64,000 nucleotides of DNA from Laetmonice hystrix (lineage: Eukaryota), in assembly GCA_965235115.1 (NCBI GenBank), contig OZ249436.1, forward strand, positions 32,800,001 through 32,864,000, given 5' to 3'. Below, piece by piece: positions 1 through 12,097 of this stretch; the stretch's first letter is position 1, and each line of letters opens with the position of its first letter. The notes below the pieces were generated by a model that searched no databases, was not told where the DNA came from, and saw only the letters and a program-made list of their open reading frames with translations. The position numbers were made by a program, and so were the translations under genes.

Positions 1-414
1 GGGGGTGGGGGCTAGGAGGGGGGGGGGGGGGTTGTGGAGTGGACAATTCTAACACTTTGGCCCATAATATCAAAGCCCTCTCCCGACCGGCTTTGTAGTT
101 AGTATACTTGTGGAATCTTCTACACCCCCTGGGGGCTTGTTAGCCCCCCGTAGCTGTTTTTAGTATAAACCGGCAAATTAACATGTGACTAAATCAAAAC
201 TATAGCAAAATGGCAGGAATGTATGCCTAACGCTGACAACATGAAATTCAGAAGATGTAAACATATACATCAAATTGGCGCACTCCAGTTTTTCTCCCAT
301 GATGGAGGGACATCTTGTGCAGCGACCCTGCCTGCTTCCTGTCAGATAGAAGAGCATCTCATCCGTGGTTCGACAGAGTTGACAAGGCATAGAGGTCTAC
401 GAAACTTCTTCTTA

Positions 415-998
415 TGACCCCGTCACATCGGGGCTACGGGCGCATCCGGCATGATCCATGGTCCGATCCGGCGTGATCCGGGATGTTTCGTAGCTACCCG
501 TGGTCCGTAGCGGCCTTTCGATCCGTGGAAAAGTTTTGGACATGTTTAAATAAAAAATCGATTTCGACCACGGATACAAACCCCGTAGCGGACCCGTAGC
601 AACCCGTATAGATGACCCGTAGAAACCTGTAGACGATATGTATAGCAACCCTTAGTGGGCACTTAGCGCTTGCCTAGTAAGCCGTGATCACGTGATCGCT
701 GACGGATTCACTACGGGTTGCTAGGTATAGGAACGGATCACACCAAGTGTTGGTACGTAGACCTATCTACTACGACTTGAGGGCGTACTACGGGTGGTAG
801 CCTACGTACTGTGGCGGGTTGGTATGGCTTAATTGCTATGGGTTGCTACGAATCAAGCTGGCCAACGCGTGGGTCACGTGGTGACGCTTGCCTATTGGCG
901 AGCATCCCAACCTGTTCAATCCGTAATAACACGTCGGAGATACGGAGATACGGATCATTCCAAACCGTCATGTGATCCGGGAAAGTGTGACGGGGACT
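415..998. mobile_element. PIF/Harbinger-like MITE
   Basis: TTA|TGACCCCGTCACA ... TGTGACGGGGACT|TTA. Confidence 0.7.
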
Positions 999-2967
999 TT
1001 ACAAACTCATCCTGTTGGCTTGTCACCTCATGTTCGACTATCAAGGTCACTGGCAGACATTGTCGAATCCTGACACGAGTTTGACCGCTGGACCGACACA
1101 TTGACTGACATAGTTAATTTCCGTATCCCTCTATAATGTTTATCCTTGTCTTATTAGCATGCATTGTTTGTCGAAAACCTGAGGTTCATTGAGGTTAGCG
1201 AGGTTAATGCTGTTCGAGAAATTCACATCTGTCTGATGCATGTGTCCCGCTTATGGTGCATGAGAGAGATAATGCATCATGTGTTATTGGATATTTTCGC
1301 TTCGCTGGGACACTCGGGAGCCAGGAAATATTTAGACTTCCCTTGCATACGAAGATGTAATACGTAAGGGAGCCTTGATGCTTGATGCCTATAGGATAAA
1401 AACAGATAGGATAGAAATCATGTCGTAGGTGCGAGGGTGGGTATAACGTACCACGAGTGGCACCTTCACAGCTCCTCGCCTCCGGCAGGATCTTCTCCAG
1501 AATAGTTTAGTTTTTGTACCAGTAGAGCCCGCGAGAACAGACTGGCTTTCGTTTGCCCCCATTATACCTCATGTGTATTGTTTATTATGCTGATAAACAA
1601 TTTCTTATAAAAAAATAATAAGCTGTCCTTGTGGCCATTATTTGATTCATGGCTGCGAATACGCTGTGATACCATGTAGTCACTGAGAGACCATACAGAT
1701 CCGACAGAACCAGGCAATCAGACGTTCCTGAGCGTTCATATCGCCAGGCAGTTTTTACGTCTGTGCCACACGACTCGTGTGACGTGTGAACTCTATGCTG
1801 ATCTCTGTCGCACTCAGCAGGAACGTGGTATAACAATCTCAGACATAGACAACTGCACGCCAATATGGAAAACGGCAACCTTTTTTTCCTTAGGAAGACA
1901 AATTGACAGATTGTACATTTTGAGTGACGTGATTGGGACAGGGATTATTATTATAAGTGAAGCGACGGGGTTTCTTCACGAGATAAACTATCAGTTCATG
2001 TCGCTTCGAGACATCTTTTTGTGACGGACATGTTAAGTCTGGACTAATCCTTCACGGTGGTTGTGGAGGGGAAGTTCCCATCAGAGAGCAGGCGTGACTG
2101 AAGCAATGACAGTTTACCGCCTGCTCATGGTAAATAGTTGGCATATTTCCATTAGCGAGGCCTGTAGGTCCCTAAAATAGCTTCCGCTTTCTGAAGCAGG
2201 TTGAGTTCCTGTATCGCTCCAAATGAACGAGGATATTTCAGTCTCCATTAAACACGGTTTGTATATAGTTCAACAGGATACTACAGATAGATCTGTCAGT
2301 TCTGTTCCATGGAAACTGATATTCGGAATTATCAGGTTAAAATAACAATAATCTCACTTGTGTTACTCTTACACTGGCGCTTATCTCGGGGGGTTAGTAT
2401 CTATGCTGTCATGATAAGGTCAAAAGCAGAAACAAAACTTCAGCCATGAAGCCCATGAAGTTTTATTATTACTATGTAGTCGTCAAATTAAGTACTGGGC
2501 CGATCAAGAGGAACGGTGCGGTGTTTTGTCGTATTTTTAAGGAACTATTGAAGAAACCATCAATTGGAGTAGAGAGGGCTAAAGAGATTTGAATAAGTAA
2601 AAAGTAAAAGGGGCCTATTTTCTCTCACGTCTCCAGTGAAAACCCCGGTTAATCCAATGTGCTGGTCGATTCCATGGGTTAAAGAAAAGGGCACGTTTAG
2701 CTCCACAACTATACCCTTCTCCATGGCTCATCGTTTCTGTCCGTAGAAACTGTAGAGATGTACCACGCCTAAATAACTGCACGATTTTCAAAATTACAAA
2801 ATGCTTGATTAGAGATTAAACCTATCTCAAACTCTTGGACATCGTAACACTCTCATTGTTTTGGCAGAGTCATTATTAGCCTGTGTATTATGAAAGGGTC
2901 TCCTCGTGACCCAACGGTGGACCTCCCTGAACCAGAGCCGGAGTCAGGAATCGGCGTTTTACTTTAA

Positions 2968-3245
2968 AGGAACAGTGTATTCCTTTGAACGCCGTCTTGG
3001 GCCGCGCTGTTGTGTACATCCGCACAGAACATAGTTCCCCACATTAATTCCCAAAAAGTGAATTGTAGGCGCAGCTACAACTAGGCCGCATATAAATAAT
3101 ATTACGTGCATTATTTAAAACAGTTAAATCATATTTTTAGTGTGATATTAATAGATTCTTATAGGTGAGCGGAGTAGGTTATGAAACCGACTTGGGACGG
3201 ATACCCAGGGGGCGCCACCCTCTTCAACAGGAATACACTGGTCCT
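2968..3245. mobile_element. TTAA-target MITE (Kolobok-like)
   Basis: TTAA|AGGAACAGTGTATTCCT ... AGGAATACACTGGTCCT|TTAA. Confidence 0.8.
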
Positions 3246-4145
3246 TTAAACGGGCGAGACATGATAATAGCATTTGCAAAAATAATCATGATTATAACGT
3301 GAAACTATAAAGATATCATGAATGCCAGTAGATAATGCTATAGTAGGCCTAGTCAAGGCCGAGACAGTGATAGGCCTATAATATAAACTTTCATATTGGA
3401 GAGGATTTTCCTCGATTAAAACTTTCTTCAATGCAACAATCTTCTATGTTGCGCAAGGCGACAGTCAAGCACCAACGAATTAATGCTATACGTTATGGAT
3501 CATTGGGTAGTAGATTATTATCTATTTACACCCAAATTATCAACTAGGGATACTTCCACAATATACAGTCCTTGTTAAAGCACCCCTTGTGGTTCGATTC
3601 AACTTAAAGTCCTACAGACATCAAAATTAACAACAACATTAATTTAGTGTCAAATCTTGATGATACGTGTAATTTGTTGTTGTTTGATCTATCTAGATCA
3701 GTAAAGTTACCTATGTGATGTCAGTTGCACTTTAAGGCCCAATTGCGATGCAGCAGGAGGTTGGCAAGCACATTCTGTTTATTCGATGACAGTTGGGTTT
3801 AACTGCTATTGGTTTATGTTAAGTAGGCACGGTGAAATACGAGAGGGATTCCTCGAAGTGGCATACCGTTCAGTCAAACAAATCTCCGCGATTTATGTTT
3901 CGAACCAACATTTAGGTCCCGGCTGTGTGCTGGGTAGAAGGTGATGTTGCCTTGATTGATATGGAAAAACAAACATCTTACATTCCAAAAGACCTGCTCT
4001 TGATGTTAGCGCGGAGAGTGAATTCAACTGTTTATCATTCTACTTCTGATGCCATGACCCCAAGGTCACAACACTAGATCTCCATGGTATCAGTTCCATG
4101 ACATCTGGTGGCAAGAACGAGAAATCTATCATTAATCAAAACCTA

Positions 4146-5385
4146 ACTCCAACCCCCCCCCCCCAACTCGGCCTCAGACCCCTATCGTCAGGGATACCTT
4201 GAACTCCAACCCCAACCCCCAACTCAACCTCAGGCCCCTATCGTCAGGGATACCTTGAACTCCAACCCCACCCCCTAACTCGGCCTCAGACTCCTATCGT
4301 CAGGGATACCTTGAACTCCAACCCCATCCCCCTAACTCGGCCTCAGACCCCTATTGTCAGGGATGCCTTGAACTCCAACCCCAACCCCCAACTCAGCCTC
4401 AGACCCCTATCGTCAGGAATACCCTGAACTCCAAACCCAACCCCTAACTCGGCCTCAGACTCCTATCGTCAGGGATACCTTGAACTCCAACCCCAACCCC
4501 CAACTTGGCCTCAGACCCCTATCGTCAGGGATGCCTTGAACTCCAACCCCACCCCCTAACTCGGCCTCAGACTCCTATCGTCAGGGCTACCTTGAACTCC
4601 AACCCCATCCCCCTAACTCGGCCTCAGACCCCTATCGTCAGGGATACCCTGAACTCCAACCCCAACCCCCAACTCGGCCTCAGACCCCTATCGTCAGGGA
4701 TACCTTTAACTCCAACCCCAACCCCCAACTCGGCCTCAGACCCCTATCGTCAGGGATACCTTTAACTCCAACCCCAACCCCCAACTCGGCCTCAGACCCC
4801 TATCGTCAGGGATACCTTGAACTCCAACCCCATCCCCCAACTCGGCATCAGACCCCTATCGTCAGGGATACCTTGAACTCCAACCCCAACCCCCAACTCG
4901 GCCTCAGACCCCGCTCGCATGCCTTTAACTCCAACCCCAACCCCAACCCCCAACTCGGCCTCAGACCCCTATCGTCAGGGATACCTTGAACTCCAACCCC
5001 ATCCCCCAACTCGGCCTCAGACCCCTATCGCCATGGATACCTTGAACTCCAACCCCAACCCCCAACTCGGCCTCAGACCCCTATCGTCAGGGATGCCTTT
5101 AACTCCAACCCCAACCCCCAACTCGGCCTCAGACCCATATCGTCAGGGATGCCTTTAACTCCAACCCCAACCCCCAACTCGGCCTCAGACCCCTATCTAC
5201 AGGGATGCCTCTCAAAACCCAACCTCTAACCCCTGTCTCTAGGGATACTTTGAACTCCAACCCCAACCCCTAACTGGGCCTCAGACCCCTACTAGTCTCA
5301 AGGGATGCCTTTACTCGAAACCCAACCCCTAACTAGGCCTCAGACCCCTATAGTCAGGGATGCCTTTAACTCCAACCCCAACCCA
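4146..5385. repeat. C-rich minisatellite, ~56-bp unit, ~22 copies
   Basis: AACTCCAACCCCAACCCCCAACTCGGCCTCAGACCCCTATCGTCAGGGATACCTTG repeated. Confidence 0.97.
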
Positions 5386-8300
5386 TTCTTAACAGCTGGA
5401 AGACATCATGTGTTAGTAGATCTCTCCTGTCTATAGTGTTTATATGTAATCACTTAAGTATCCTGTAAGACCGTTAGAAGATTATACATCTGCACTATGT
5501 CTCAATCGAACCAGCCAGGATTGTGGATCGGACAAATTCCCACATGGATTCGTATTACATTAGTTGGCTGCAGTTAACCCGCACTAATTAACCCTTTTAA
5601 TGATTCGTGACTTTGTGTTGTAGATTCCTAGTATCGATGGCACGGTCACTGATCCTCTGAACAAAGAGACTATAATTAATATAACTGTTATTTTAGAATA
5701 TTAGCCTATAGTATGGACCAAGAGTTTCAGTATTATTTATTTCTTTATTATTTAATTATGTTTTTTTACTTATTAAAGTGCCTTTGTTAAATCATGTTTT
5801 ATTAACCGTGCAGCAGCACTTAACCATCTTAACTCGAGACTGTGAGAACCATTTTCACATCCGCAAACATAAGCATACGAATAATTTTGAAAGAATTGCT
5901 ATATCTATAGGCCGATAGCTAATCCATCAGTTCTAATGTACAAAGCTATTCTGTAATATAGTGAATGCCATCTTCTTGCTGCAAATTTAGAAGGAAAAAC
6001 CTCTTTGAGGGCTTTAGGGGAGAACATGCGTTTGGTGAAACATGTCGACATGTGGTTTATGTTGTTACACCCAAGTACACCTAGCCTCGCTTAATGACCG
6101 CCAAGGTTTGTGAATAAATAGGGACATTGACACAGAAAGTTTTCCAATGTAAATCAATAACAGTTGATTGGCAATAACATCGGGATCAATAACCATTAAA
6201 AAGTGATGAAAATTGGAAAAATTATCCTCGCCGCTTCCTGTGCGCCTGCGCCATGGACCATGGTAGTTATAATGACAGGCGTAGGTAATCCAGTTATTTC
6301 AAGATCAGATATGCGTGATCCACCAGACATGTATGAAGCACAATCATATGTCTAATCCTTTTTATTGTCCCTTTGAGACACCATTCTGCAAAGTGTATAG
6401 ATCAGAACAAAGTAACCAGACCAGGATGGCTTTGGCAGAAGTTTTTGAAAGACTAGACTGTTTATTTCCTTGTTAGACTGTCGCACCTGAAGATGGAAGC
6501 TGGTCTATCTCAAGCACGACGTGGTCCACCTTTGCATACAAAATGATCAGCCAATAATCCTCGCCCGGCGACAGTACTTTACATGCACGGCAACAGTGAA
6601 GGTCGCCGAGGCCGTACTGTAGGCCTACACGAGTAGAAATGGTGCAGGAGGTACACCGAGGATGACATGCGTACAAATGGTACATTCCCATGGGAGTGTC
6701 GGAAGTAACTATACACTGCTAATCAGGTCTCCTCAGGACCTTTCGAGGAAATGCTGCTTAAGCGTGACCTTTGTCTACCAAATTAACGGATCCTCTGCAG
6801 TGCGGCTTTGTGTCTGGCTTTTCCATCAGCAGGGAGCAGAGATCACCTAGGCCTAGCGCGCCTATAATGGCTATATGCTATGCTCCAGCTCAAATGTTCG
6901 ATTCTACCAGCTCTCAGGCATTGAGCTGGAGACTAATGCACTCAGTATATCCATCTCCCGCTCTCATACACACAGCCATGCGCAATTCTCGCGCAATGAA
7001 ACATTCACCAAAACCTGTCCTTAAATCTACTAAGAATCGGGTTATATTGACCTATTTGACTGAATAAATCGAAAAAGAATAATGCCCCAAAACGCGTCAT
7101 TTATATCATGCTTATTTTCGCAACTTCCCGAAGTGATAGGCTATGCTTGGAACCCCCTCGATGAGCATAGGCCTATAGCGCGCTTGCCGATTCAAAATCT
7201 CACTCTTTCAAAATTCGCAAAGTCGGAATCTCTGCTGTAGCCTCGGCCCCTGGGCGGGCCTAAGGGCCTTCAGGTCCAACAGGAATGGCATTCGGTTGGC
7301 AACACCGACTGTAAGATCTTAAGATTTTAGGTGTCCCAGTAGGCCTATAGAAGACAAATCTGGGAATTAGACTAAATTGTAAACGAATAAGAGAAGTCAT
7401 TGTAGGTGATTTCGGTTATCAGCTGAATAGGCCGAGGCCCCCCATTCATGTGCACATACATGTGATTTATACCGTCTGCTACTGTCTGCATCACTTGTAA
7501 TGATGTTCCGTCGTCTCGCCTCGACGGCGCACTTAGTCGGAAGTGACAGGGTGGCCATCGTCCTCTGGTAGAATTGTCGGTTTACGGTGGCCTCAAAGTA
7601 CACTGTTAAACTGTTCCCTCAGTGACAAGGACATTATCTTTCATTGGTCAGTTTAGCGGATATAAAAAGCGGGGGCAGAAAGTCTGTCCGCCAGAGAATC
7701 GCCTCTGCGTCAGGAAATTACAAGGCGGGTCAGACCTGAGAGCAACACCCACACACTATCAATATTTGGGCCTTCGTACATCCTCACGGCCGTACATATC
7801 TCATCAGACGTTTGATTTTCCGATAGCATTTTCCACGTCTCCGGTGATGGGCTCTCATGGATTATGGAAAACACGAGAGTTTGAGATGGTGGTGATTTTA
7901 CTTGTATTCTTTGGTGAACCAATCGATGTAGGCTGACCTTCCCCCACATTAGGAACCATTATGAAGATGGTTGTTTTCACTTTTACAATATTAAACAAAG
8001 CACCGCTTTCCAGCTGATTGCGATGACCTGGCCGTGTGTGGCCCGCACTGACCCCAGACTTTCCTTGCACAGAGTTAAGAAAACCTGGAGAAGATCAACG
8101 GATAGTTTTGATTAATTGTGCTGGAGTAATATAGACCGTCTGCTGCATGGGTTTGCTGAGACCTCGACGCCGAAGAACATGTCAAGAAGATGATAGAGTG
8201 AGCACTGATCGGTTCCCTGCACAAACTCTCCCCTGGTAATCCGGATACGATTATTCTTGTTGTCGAGTGTTTTAAGATATCACCACAACGAACTCGACGC

Positions 8301-8460
8301 TCTCCACTCGGCATGTGCATTATGATGGCGTCCAAAGTGCTGTGTATCTAAAAAGTGCAAACCCTGCGTTAGGACCATGACCGATTCACCACCAACACGA
8401 ACGGAAGTGATTTACCCGCGGCTCCCGATTCATCCGCGGTGAGGGGCACAGGTGTAGATT

Positions 8461-8468
8461 TATAAAAG
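8461..8468 (+). promoter_or_regulatory. Candidate TATA box for the rGC gene
   Basis: TATAAAAG; possible donor GAG|GTATAT near 8705; unverified. Confidence 0.2.
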
Positions 8469-9165
8469 AGATCAAGTGTCGACTAATAATTATTCTCCAT
8501 CACGGAACGGAACATTGGCCCGGCCGGATGCGGCTACACAGTTTGTGCGTAGCTGGGAGTAAAAAGTTACGGACGTCTAAATGAATTGGATCTGACAGAC
8601 CAATAACATCATGGCAACGATTACCATGTATCATTCGTCAACTTTGTTTGATATTTCGGCAGCCTGAGAGGGTTTTCAATGGATAACATATTTGGGCCGG
8701 GCGAGGTATATGACCAGTGCGTGTTATTCTACTTCACCCAGCTGCCGACCAAAGGCTTAACGACTGCACGATGAGGATTGTGAATGAATCATGTTTGGAC
8801 GGTGTAGCCATTGCACCTTTTACACATCTATTATCGATGTTATAATTTTCTAAAATGTACTTTATGCGTACCTTTATCATCTTTTATTACTATTTTTCCT
8901 TTAGTGAAAAAGATGTGCTACATGGTACCGTTATACGTCAAGGAATGATGCTAAGAGTTTATACCAATGAAGATGGCAACTCATTAGATATCCATGCCGT
9001 TTCATTTTCGGGGCTTTTACCTGAAAGACGTCTTTGAAATGGTCTCTGAGCCAAAGAGGTCTTTGCGGCAACGGGTGTTTCACTAACCATCCATTTTTTA
9101 ACATTGACCTCGCAAAGACGTCTTTGAAAAGACGTCTTTGCGTGTTTCGTTAGTGAAACGCACCC

Positions 9166-9495
9166 CTGGGCTACGTCTGATTGCCGGTCACAGTGGAGAG
9201 TCTTACTATCTCCCCTAAAAACATCACACACTTAGCCAATGTCAGGATTAACTGAACAGTGGACTGTGCCGTACAAATCTTGTGTAGCCCATCTACGAAA
9301 GCACGGATTCCGTCTCACCTCGGAAGAAGTGTATCGGGGGAGGACCCATTGTCCTCTTCGACCACCAAAGCTTCCTTTTTAAGGACGTGTGGGTGGCCGA
9401 TTGTTCATGGGCGTTGATACCTTATCATGCAATACGAATGGGTACACACATAATAATCACCAAATCTGTATGGCCATTAAATGGAGAGCACAAAA
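9166..9495 (+). mobile_element. Second, diverged copy of the same SINE-like repeat
   Basis: Shares GAAAGCAYGGATTCCGTCTCAYCTCGGAAGA and CGACCA.CAAAGCT..TTTT..TGGCCGA..ATGGGCGTTGATAC. Confidence 0.6.
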
Positions 9496-10403
9496 AAAGA
9501 CCTGCGATCAGCTGCAAAATTGATAAATGAAGTCACTCAGTAAGGCCATCAATTATAGGGTGCTCCAATAAGGTAAATAGGGGCCTAACACAACCCTTTA
9601 TAAAGGTTACAGTACAGGAGGAAGTGACGGTAATAGACCCTGACCTTCCGCCCACGCATGTCTGAGGTGGTTTCAAACATGTGCCAACGACGCTGGGAGA
9701 CCTCCCTGCTGTGGTTGCTAAACTATACACATCGTCTGCGCGAAATTACATTAGCGACTGAAACGTCGTCAAGCGGGTCCGGGAACGAAGGCTGACTGCC
9801 AGGGAACTAAATGGGTAATTTCCTCCAACACTGCTGATAGTATATCTAATGATAAAAACTTCATGCAGGACATGACTCTACACGGTAAAACAGACCTTCA
9901 CACTTATGATAGATTAAGATATTGCTCCATTTTTAATTAGGGTTATTAGCATAGCATGTAAACAGTACTATAAGACACATAATGTATAATGAATAGTGCC
10001 AGATAGGACATTATTATGTAAAATAAATAGGTCTATGATAAGGAGAGCGTTTGTGCTTGTTTTAGCATTTCTATAAACTTCTGATCGGGGGCAGGACATT
10101 GTCAATGTGGACGACGGGTGACTGAACAAATGATTGTATTATGATAAAGTCGGAGAAACTCTTTCGTTTCCAAACGTTGTTCTGGTGCACTGATATTCTT
10201 CTAACGGGTCGTGTGAGTGGTTTCCTTAAATGAGTTTACCATAATTATCTGTTTTACTCACACTTAATAAATTTCACGCAAACCTCTCCACTTCTTTTGC
10301 TCCGGTTAAAGCGCTTCCGTGTGTAGCATCATCGACTTACGGGCGAGAGGCGCTAATATTATTGAACATCCACAACGGTGCCGCTTCAGTATATTCATGA
10401 GGC

Positions 10404-10729
10404 TGTCAGTGGTATGGAAGGCGTATGTCGTTATTTTTGTCAGTGGTATGGAGGGGGTATGTCGTTATTTTTGTCAGTGGTATGGAGGGGGTATGTCGTT
10501 ATTTTTGTCAGTGGTATGGAAGGCGTATGTCGTTATTTTTGTCAGTGGTATGGTGGGGGTATGTCGCTATTTTTGTCAGTGGTATGGTGGGGGTATGTCG
10601 TTATTTTTGTCAGTGGTATGGAGGGGGTATGTCGTTATTTTTGTCAGTGGTATGGTGGGGGTATGTCGTTATTTTTGTCAGTGGTATGGTGGGGGTATGT
10701 CGTTATTTTTGTCCCTGGTATGGAGGGAG
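10404..10729. repeat. 35-bp minisatellite, ~9 copies
   Basis: TGTCAGTGGTATGG(A/T)GGGGGTATGTCGTTATTTTT repeated. Confidence 0.97.
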
Positions 10730-11195
10730 AAAGTCGTTAGGGACGGGTACGCGATGCTAGTTCTTATTTAAGTCACATTAATATTTATTATTGGGACTGA
10801 TATTTGATAATAACGCTTTCAGTCTGGTCCTACATTTAGCTCCTGACTGTAAAATGATTGCAGTGAGGTAATTTATTTTCTAGAGTGTAAAAAGTGTGTA
10901 GATGTAAAATGAATTAAACGCCATTCTAATTAAAATTAATTTTGTGTGAACAGGTTCTATGATAGTCCCCCCCCTTTCATTTGTTTCCCTTTTATTTTTT
11001 CTTACATTTACTTTGTTCGAAGATTGGAGTGAATTGGGGCTACAGAGTAATAAGTGGACTTCTACCATATAAAAACGTTTAAAGCGTTTTGCATCTTCAC
11101 TCTCTTGGGGACCATAAGATGCTTGTTTGAGTTTTAACAGATTTAAAAGTTTTAAAAGGCCTTCAGGGTTGTAGAATTAAGAACATCTTTACCGG

Positions 11196-11219
11196 TACTA
11201 ACGTACATTTCTTCTACAG
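11196..11219 (+). promoter_or_regulatory. Branch point and acceptor of the rGC 5'UTR-containing exon (exon starts 11220)
   Basis: Perfect TACTAAC at 11196-11202, then a pyrimidine tract and CAG ending at 11219; implies an upstream non-coding exon. Confidence 0.65.
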
Positions 11220-11680
11220 ACGGAGCATTGTGACGGGGACAGTAAGCAGCAGCAGCAGCAGCAGCAACACGTGATGCCCCAACCACTAGTCGCCGAGATG
11301 TCTACGTTGTCATCCCGTTCTGATGTTATTCATACTTTGGATGGAATACTCGATGTAATAATACTCGATGAAATGCGGCAAAGCGTCCGTAGACATGTGG
11401 TCCTTGGTTTGGTCTGCTCCCAAGGACATCAAGACTGGCAGACAAAACTTTACCACGAGATATCATGCACGGTCTCGTCTTCGGAAGGATTCTAAAAGGA
11501 TCTATACGTTGACTTCTAATCGCCTTGAGAAGGAAATCGTGATCGTGAAAGGTGGCGTGGTATAACCTCTGTGTGAACCTATACATCAGAAGTGATGACC
11601 ACATTGAGTAACATTCGTTTCCATTGCATCGACGTCGCAAGACCTACGTTCAGAGTGTCAATTTTCATTCCTAAAAGGTC

Positions 11681-12097
11681 ATGCCACTGCTAAGACTGTG
11701 GAACAGGCCACAGGCAAGGAATAGTTACTGCCGGAGTGCCACATTTATTCTAACATTCACACTTCTTCTCAGAGCCTTTTCGGCTGGCGAAGGAGAAAAG
11801 AAGGCTTACACCCTTGGTTTCATCGCTGTGTTGTCAGGAAACCAGACCTTCGAGAAACGTTACTATATTGGAGCCATAGAGTATGCTGTCCGGTACGTCA
11901 ACGAACACAAACTGCTAGGCAAAGATGCCATATTAAAATATATATACACAGACACAAAAGGCGATCCTTTACGATCGATTAAGGCTATGACAGATTTTTA
12001 TCAAAATAAGGTGACGGCTTTCATTGGTCCAAGCACCGATAAATGTATTACGGAGGCTCTTATCGCGTCCGCATGGAACAAACCCCTCGTCTCGTTC
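11681..12097 (+). CDS. rGC coding exon 1 (signal peptide and start of ectodomain)
   Basis: MPLLRL...[27 protein letters not shown]; donor GTAAGT at 12098. Confidence 0.9.

Noticed and set aside
4505..5158. Pro/Thr-rich ORFs
   Set aside because: Translations of the 56-bp minisatellite
7770..7810. Hammerhead ribozyme (minus-strand CTGATGA)
   Set aside because: Followed by GAAG rather than GAAA, and no convincing stems I and III
6473..8335. Scattered short ORFs upstream of the cyclase gene
   Set aside because: No domain motifs and no consistent exon chain found
10319..10771. Three overlapping hydrophobic ORFs
   Set aside because: Translations of a stop-free 35-bp minisatellite
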